This document shows, in pieces, positions 62,668 through 64,000 of a DNA stretch of 64,000 nucleotides; position 1 is the first letter of the stretch, and every line of letters starts with the position of its first letter. The DNA is taken from the NCBI GenBank assembly GCA_041661505.1, contig JBAZUF010000005.1, positions 3,532 through 67,531 of the forward strand, in the 5' to 3' direction. The DNA is from Patescibacteria group bacterium (GTDB lineage Bacteria; Patescibacteriota; Patescibacteriia; Patescibacteriales; JBAZCA01). The position numbers were made by a program, and so were the translations under genes. The notes beneath the pieces are model-generated. The model had not been told where the DNA came from and made no database searches. It saw only the letters and a list, made by a program, of their open reading frames with translations.

Positions 62668-63297
62668 TTATTGTTTTATTCCCTTCCTTTCTAAATATTC
62701 TTTCCCGTGCCCGACTTCAGTTGAAATTGGCACTCCCTGCTTACACATATGGCATTCATCCTCATTACAAGCCTGAATTTTTATTGCCTTAAGCGGAAGA
62801 TATTTTGTTCCGAAAAATTCATCAGTTACCTCGTCGGGATTCCGATTGACCATGGAACAAACTGCGACAACATCTCCTCCGGCTTCTTGGATGGCTTTTA
62901 CAGTTTTTAAAGCCGAGAGGCCGGTCGTTGTCCAATCTTCCACCACCAAAACTTTTTTTCCTTTTACGAACTTATCATAACCGCGGGTGAACCTTTGGCT
63001 TTTATCCGGCATCTTTTCAGTATAAACGCCGTATATTACTTTGCCTTTCAATTTTGAAAGATGATAAGCCGTCCATTGAGAAAGAATAATTGCCCCTAAA
63101 GCCGGGCCGACTACCGTATCAATGTCCAGGTCTTTAGTTTTCTCCGCCATCATCATCCCTACTTCTGAAGTTAACTCGGCATAAGGGTAAAGGCCATCCT
63201 TATTAAGGTAAGTATCGGAATGCTGGCCATTGGTAAAAACAAAATGGCCCTTCAAAATCGCATTCGCTTCTTTTAGAATGTCAAAAATGTCTCGCAT
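62668..63297 (-). CDS. pyrE: orotate phosphoribosyltransferase (PRTase type I)
   Basis: GHFVFTNGQHSDTYLNK is the OPRT-type opening, and VLVVEDWTTTGLS is the PRPP-binding motif. The pyr operon context agrees. Confidence 0.8.
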   Translation of the reverse strand: MRDIFDILKEANAILKGHFVFTNGQHSDTYLNKDGLYPYAELTSEVGMMMAEKTKDLDIDTVVGPALGAIILSQWTAYHLSKLKGKVIYGVYTEKMPDKSQRFTRGYDKFVKGKKVLVVEDWTTTGLSALKTVKAIQEAGGDVVAVCSMVNRNPDEVTDEFFGTKYLPLKAIKIQACNEDECHMCKQGVPISTEVGHGKEYLERKGIKQ

Positions 63298-63301
63298 AAT
63301 T

Positions 63302-64000
63302 TTAATTCAATTTATTTTTTATAACCTTTCCCAATTTTTTCACCTCTTTCTTAACTTCTTTAATATGTTTTTCTGTTGGCAAACGTTCCGGCAAGACTCC
63401 GCCGATATCTTTAATAGTCTGTCTAACTTTCCCTCCGACCATAAAATGAGCTTGAGTGGCCTCGCGCTCGCCTTCAATTTTATCCTTGTTTATTTTCTCA
63501 TCAGTTTGAGTAATGCGGAACAAATTAGCCGCCAATTCGGTTGATCCCGCACGGTCTAATAATTCGCCTTTTTTTATTCCCTTCTTTTGTTCTATTTCCG
63601 AAAGCGGCATGCCATATAATCCTTTGTAGCCCGCGTCATTAAATGTGCCAAAGCGGCTGACTCCGGCTTTTTTAGCGGTTTTAAACAACCTCTTGTTTGA
63701 GTCAGCTACCTCATTCCTGATAAACAATCTCTTTTCATTATCCGGCAATTGCTCAAAAATTTCCTGTTTCCGGGTTTGCAGGGCAAAGTAGGTTTGCGCC
63801 ATGGCGATTTGAGGTTTATTAGAATCACCATTCTGGGCTATCAAGTAGCAAGCATACCGGTCTAACTTGTAATCCACAACCCTTCTTACCGAATCTAAGC
63901 CAATTTTTACCATTTTGGTAGCCTTAACGAAATGGAGATCAACATCTTGACCGCTCTCAATGCAAGCCCGCGCGGCTTTGCCGATCACATCTTCAAAATT
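63302..64000 (-). CDS. dinD: DNA-damage-inducible protein D (DinD) homologue, 5' end outside the window
   Basis: ..HFVKATKMVKIGLDSVRRVVDYKLDRYACYLIAQNGDSNKPQIAMAQTYFALQTRKQE.. parallels E. coli DinD ..HFREVTKMVELGSGSKREVKDYMLTRYACYLIAQNGDPRKEEIAFAQSYFAIQTRKQE. The reading frame stays open upstream of the track ATG (63988) to the window edge (..NFEDVIGKAARA..). Confidence 0.85.
   Translation of the reverse strand, partial: NFEDVIGKAARACIESGQDVDLHFVKATKMVKIGLDSVRRVVDYKLDRYACYLIAQNGDSNKPQIAMAQTYFALQTRKQEIFEQLPDNEKRLFIRNEVADSNKRLFKTAKKAGVSRFGTFNDAGYKGLYGMPLSEIEQKKGIKKGELLDRAGSTELAANLFRITQTDEKINKDKIEGEREATQAHFMVGGKVRQTIKDIGGVLPERLPTEKHIKEVKKEVKKLGKVIKNKLN

Noticed and set aside
1-64000. CRISPR arrays, rRNA genes, IS elements/transposases, prophage blocks, and alternative genetic code (UGA recoding).
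   Set aside because: No regularly spaced direct repeats, no rRNA-like sequence, and no transposase, integrase or capsid-like ORFs were seen. Long conserved genes (uvrA, lepA, recJ, murJ) are uninterrupted under code 11, so there is no sign of stop-codon reassignment.

Overview
This 64-kb chromosomal window looks like a small-genome, uncultivated Patescibacteria/CPR-type bacterium. That assignment is an inference from gene content and the near-absence of Shine-Dalgarno motifs, not a database result. I call 61 protein-coding genes (56 on the minus strand, 2 truncated at the window edges), one tRNA-Pro(CGG) and one gene remnant. There is no rRNA, CRISPR array, transposase or integrase. Standard code 11 fits, because all long homologue-bearing ORFs are intact. 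Recognisable blocks, in order:
- (1) 1-7208: a secreted/surface-protein operon (two paralogous beta-rich proteins flanking a DUF916/DUF3324-type anchored protein, plus an FN3-like protein), a twin-HTH membrane protein, an O-antigen-ligase-family protein and a hypothetical protein.
- (2) DNA repair genes rmuC, uvrA, recJ, rnhA, rarA and dinD, scattered through the window.
- (3) 14-23 kb: a Memo-CapA fusion, a DUF3160-like giant, a translin-family protein, an orphan PilB/GspE ATPase, an acyltransferase and an SGNH hydrolase.
- (4) lepA, then dapB-dapA / lysA-dapL-like, murJ, and a UDP-GlcA/UDP-xylose sugar cluster with two GT4 glycosyltransferases.
- (5) uppS-yggU-pgeF and cell-wall-associated secreted proteins.
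- (6) Transporters: EamA, an ABC-2 pair, a MacAB-like tripartite set with a very long adaptor, and ZIP. Also a cupredoxin and an ECF sigma module.
- (7) A pyrE / LOG-like / pyrF / pyrC operon.

The most unusual signal is non-coding. It is a family of 130-190 nt imperfect palindromes (long hairpins) at 25023-25210, 39720-39884 and 51569-51746, with a structurally similar element at 49488-49619. The three clear copies share the apical core CTGTTTGAY-[6-8 bp G/C stem]-GAGTT, but their outer arms have different, self-complementary sequences. Each one ends 9-20 nt from the start codon of a minus-strand gene.

Secondary oddities:
- Two single-gene islets carry strong SD sites and look more GC-rich by eye, in a genome whose core genes lack SDs. 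One is a sigma-28-type sigma factor fused to an XRE HTH at 23323-24477. The other is a small membrane protein with a structured, terminator-containing leader at 11502-12170.
- A perfect 12-bp hairpin sequesters an SD-like sequence inside the ECF operon.
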